Positions 62,063-64,000 of a stretch of 64,000 nucleotides of DNA are shown piece after piece. The position numbers and the translations under genes are program-made. Every line of letters begins with the position of its first letter. Positions within the stretch are counted from its first letter, which is position 1. The notes under the pieces are model-generated. The model was not told where the DNA came from. It searched no databases and saw only the letters and a program-made list of their open reading frames with translations. Origin of the DNA: Mobula hypostoma (Eukaryota); NCBI RefSeq assembly GCF_963921235.1, contig NC_086097.1, positions 126,854,001 to 126,918,000 of the forward strand. The letters run 5' to 3'.

Positions 62063-62779
62063 GCAGTTGGTTTCGGGCAGACCTTTTGATGTCTTCTGAT
62101 CCCGCTGTGGTCACCGACTGTGACCCCTCCGTTCCGGATACGATCGTTCTTCCGTGGTGAACCGGGCACCCGGGCAAGGGCGGACACACACCCCAGGTTC
62201 CCGCTGATCGTACCTTTACATCCTGTGAGCCTCTGACCGATTTTTGCAAACCGGTCCTCCAAACTCCCAGCAACTTGTGGGGGCACACTGCTCTTTCCAG
62301 GGTCTCATGGCGTGTCTCGTGCCTTAGCAAACCTGCTCTTTTTATCCCCCTACTGGGGTATCACCTGTCCATCAAACTTCAAACAGTTCAGGTTCAAAGC
62401 AAACGGTCTGTCAATATCTGAATTGTGCTTCTTTCTCGTTAATCTCTCTCTTCTCTCTTATTAGCATTTTGAATGTTTCTCCATTGTCTTCCGTTATCTC
62501 TCTCATTAGCATCATCTGTCCGGTAGCTCTGCTTGGCATCACACATGACAGTCCATCTGGCTGTCCTTGGAGTTCTGGGCATAATCTTGCCAATTGATGC
62601 TCAGATCCCCAGGATTGCAATGTATATACAGTTTAAATTAGCTGTCTCTATTGTCCATTATCTGACAGTGACTTCTGGAGCTGTGACAAGTACATAAGCT
62701 GCGGGCATAACCATAACCGGGGCAACACAGTGGCTCAGCTAGATAAATGCTTCCTCACAGATCCAGTGACCTGGCTTTA

Positions 62780-63345
62780 GAGTCATAGAGAAGTACAGCA
62801 CAGAAACAGGCCCTTTGATCCATCTAGTCCGTGACAAAACCATTTAAGCTGCCTGCTCCCATTGACCTGCACTGGGACCATAGCCCTCCATATCCCTACT
62901 ATCCATCTACACATCCAAACTTCCCTTAAATGTTGAAGTCAAGCTTGTATGTACCACTTGTGCCGGCAGATCACTCCACACTCTCGTGACCCTTTGAGTG
63001 AAGAAGTTTCCCCTTAAACTTTTCACCTTTCACCCTTAACCCATGACCTCTAGTTTTGTAGTCCCACCCAACCTTAGTGGAAATAGCCAGCTTGCATTAA
63101 TGTTATCTATAGCCCTGATAATTTTGTATACCTCAATCAAATCTCCTTTGAATCTTCTACATTCTAAGGAATGTGTCCTCATATTCAATCTTTCCCTATA
63201 ACTCAGGTCCTCTAGACCTGACAACATCCTTGTAAATTTTCTCTGCATTTTTTATTCCTTGTATGTAGGTGAAGAGAACTGCATACAATACTCCAAATTA
63301 AACCTCATCAATGTCTTCAACATAACATCCCATCTCAACTACTCA
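62780..63345 (-). mobile_element. CR1 LINE 3' fragment
   Basis: QRKFTRMLSGLEDLSYRERL...GDLIEVYKIIR. Confidence 0.85.
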
Positions 63346-63349
63346 ATAC

Positions 63350-64000
63350 AAGTTTCAAGTACATTAAAATTAAAGAATGTATAAATTATACAGCCTTGAG
63401 ATTTGCTTGCTCGCATGTAGCCACAAAGCAAGAAACCTGAAAGAACCCAATTTAAAGAAAAATAAATAATAAAAATAAAAGACCAACACTTGATATACAA
63501 GAAAAAGAAAAACAGATCATGCAAACAGTTGAAGTGAACAACAGTGTTCCAAACCAAAAATGAGTCTTCAGATATGAACCCCGGAGTATGCCCATAGCCT
63601 TGCTTATCAGTTCATTATATTAGCGGGCACGGAACACAGCAGCTGGTGCAGTCTTCACAGCCTCAGTGCCAAGGAGATGACCATTGCAGAGAACAAGAAA
63701 AATTGACTCTCAACCCGACCAACACCCTGTCTTTTTAGTCTATCTGAGCCAGCGTTTAAATTGACCAAACAATGGAACAGCAAAAGGCTCCAAGCCCTGG
63801 AGAGAGGAGTGGAGATCACGGAGAACAAGTGAAATCTGCTTTTGCCTCTGATCTGCACGAACGTTTAAATCATCTAAGTAGTGGATCGTACCCTGCACTA
63901 GGACCTGGCCGCTGCGAAAAACTCTGACCTAGATCACGCTGGCCAGCAACTTGATCCGGGCCCAGATTCCATCACCCTTCCTGAAGCTGCTCTCAAGCTC
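63350..64000 (-). mobile_element. Non-coding retroelement of the same family as 2409-7250 (runs off window)
   Basis: Shared tcaagtacatt...tatacagccttgaga...gccacaaag...gaaccca...agacc segment. Confidence 0.6.

Overview
Eukaryotic (vertebrate) genomic DNA, probably from a cartilaginous fish such as a ray; this is inferred from the repeat landscape only. The + strand carries five GT-AG coding exons of a collagen XXI (COL21A1-like) gene, encoding signal peptide, VWA and TSPN/LamG domains. They splice in frame to 405 aa; the collagen-helix exons are not in this window. The rest is dominated by transposable elements, often nested: (1) the 5' half of a HERO-like RLE non-LTR element whose ORF reads open off the window edge; (2) a complete CsRn1-clade Gypsy element (195-bp LTRs, tRNA-Trp PBS, ATAC TSD); (3) a complete Gmr1-type Gypsy element (SCAN-Gag, integrase upstream of RT, GTCC TSD); (4) an internally deleted Helitron; (5) Penelope-like elements, one with a minimal hammerhead ribozyme; (6) Tc1 and Tigger DNA transposons; (7) many CR1, RTE and L2/Rex-like fragments and tRNA-SINEs. 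I see no convincing wholly new biological system. The best leads are a possibly paralogous COL21A1-like gene, a local inverted duplication bracketing two TSPN exons, YY1-headed non-coding retroelements, and several unusual features of the CsRn1-type element. All alignments and family assignments were made by eye and from recalled family hallmarks.
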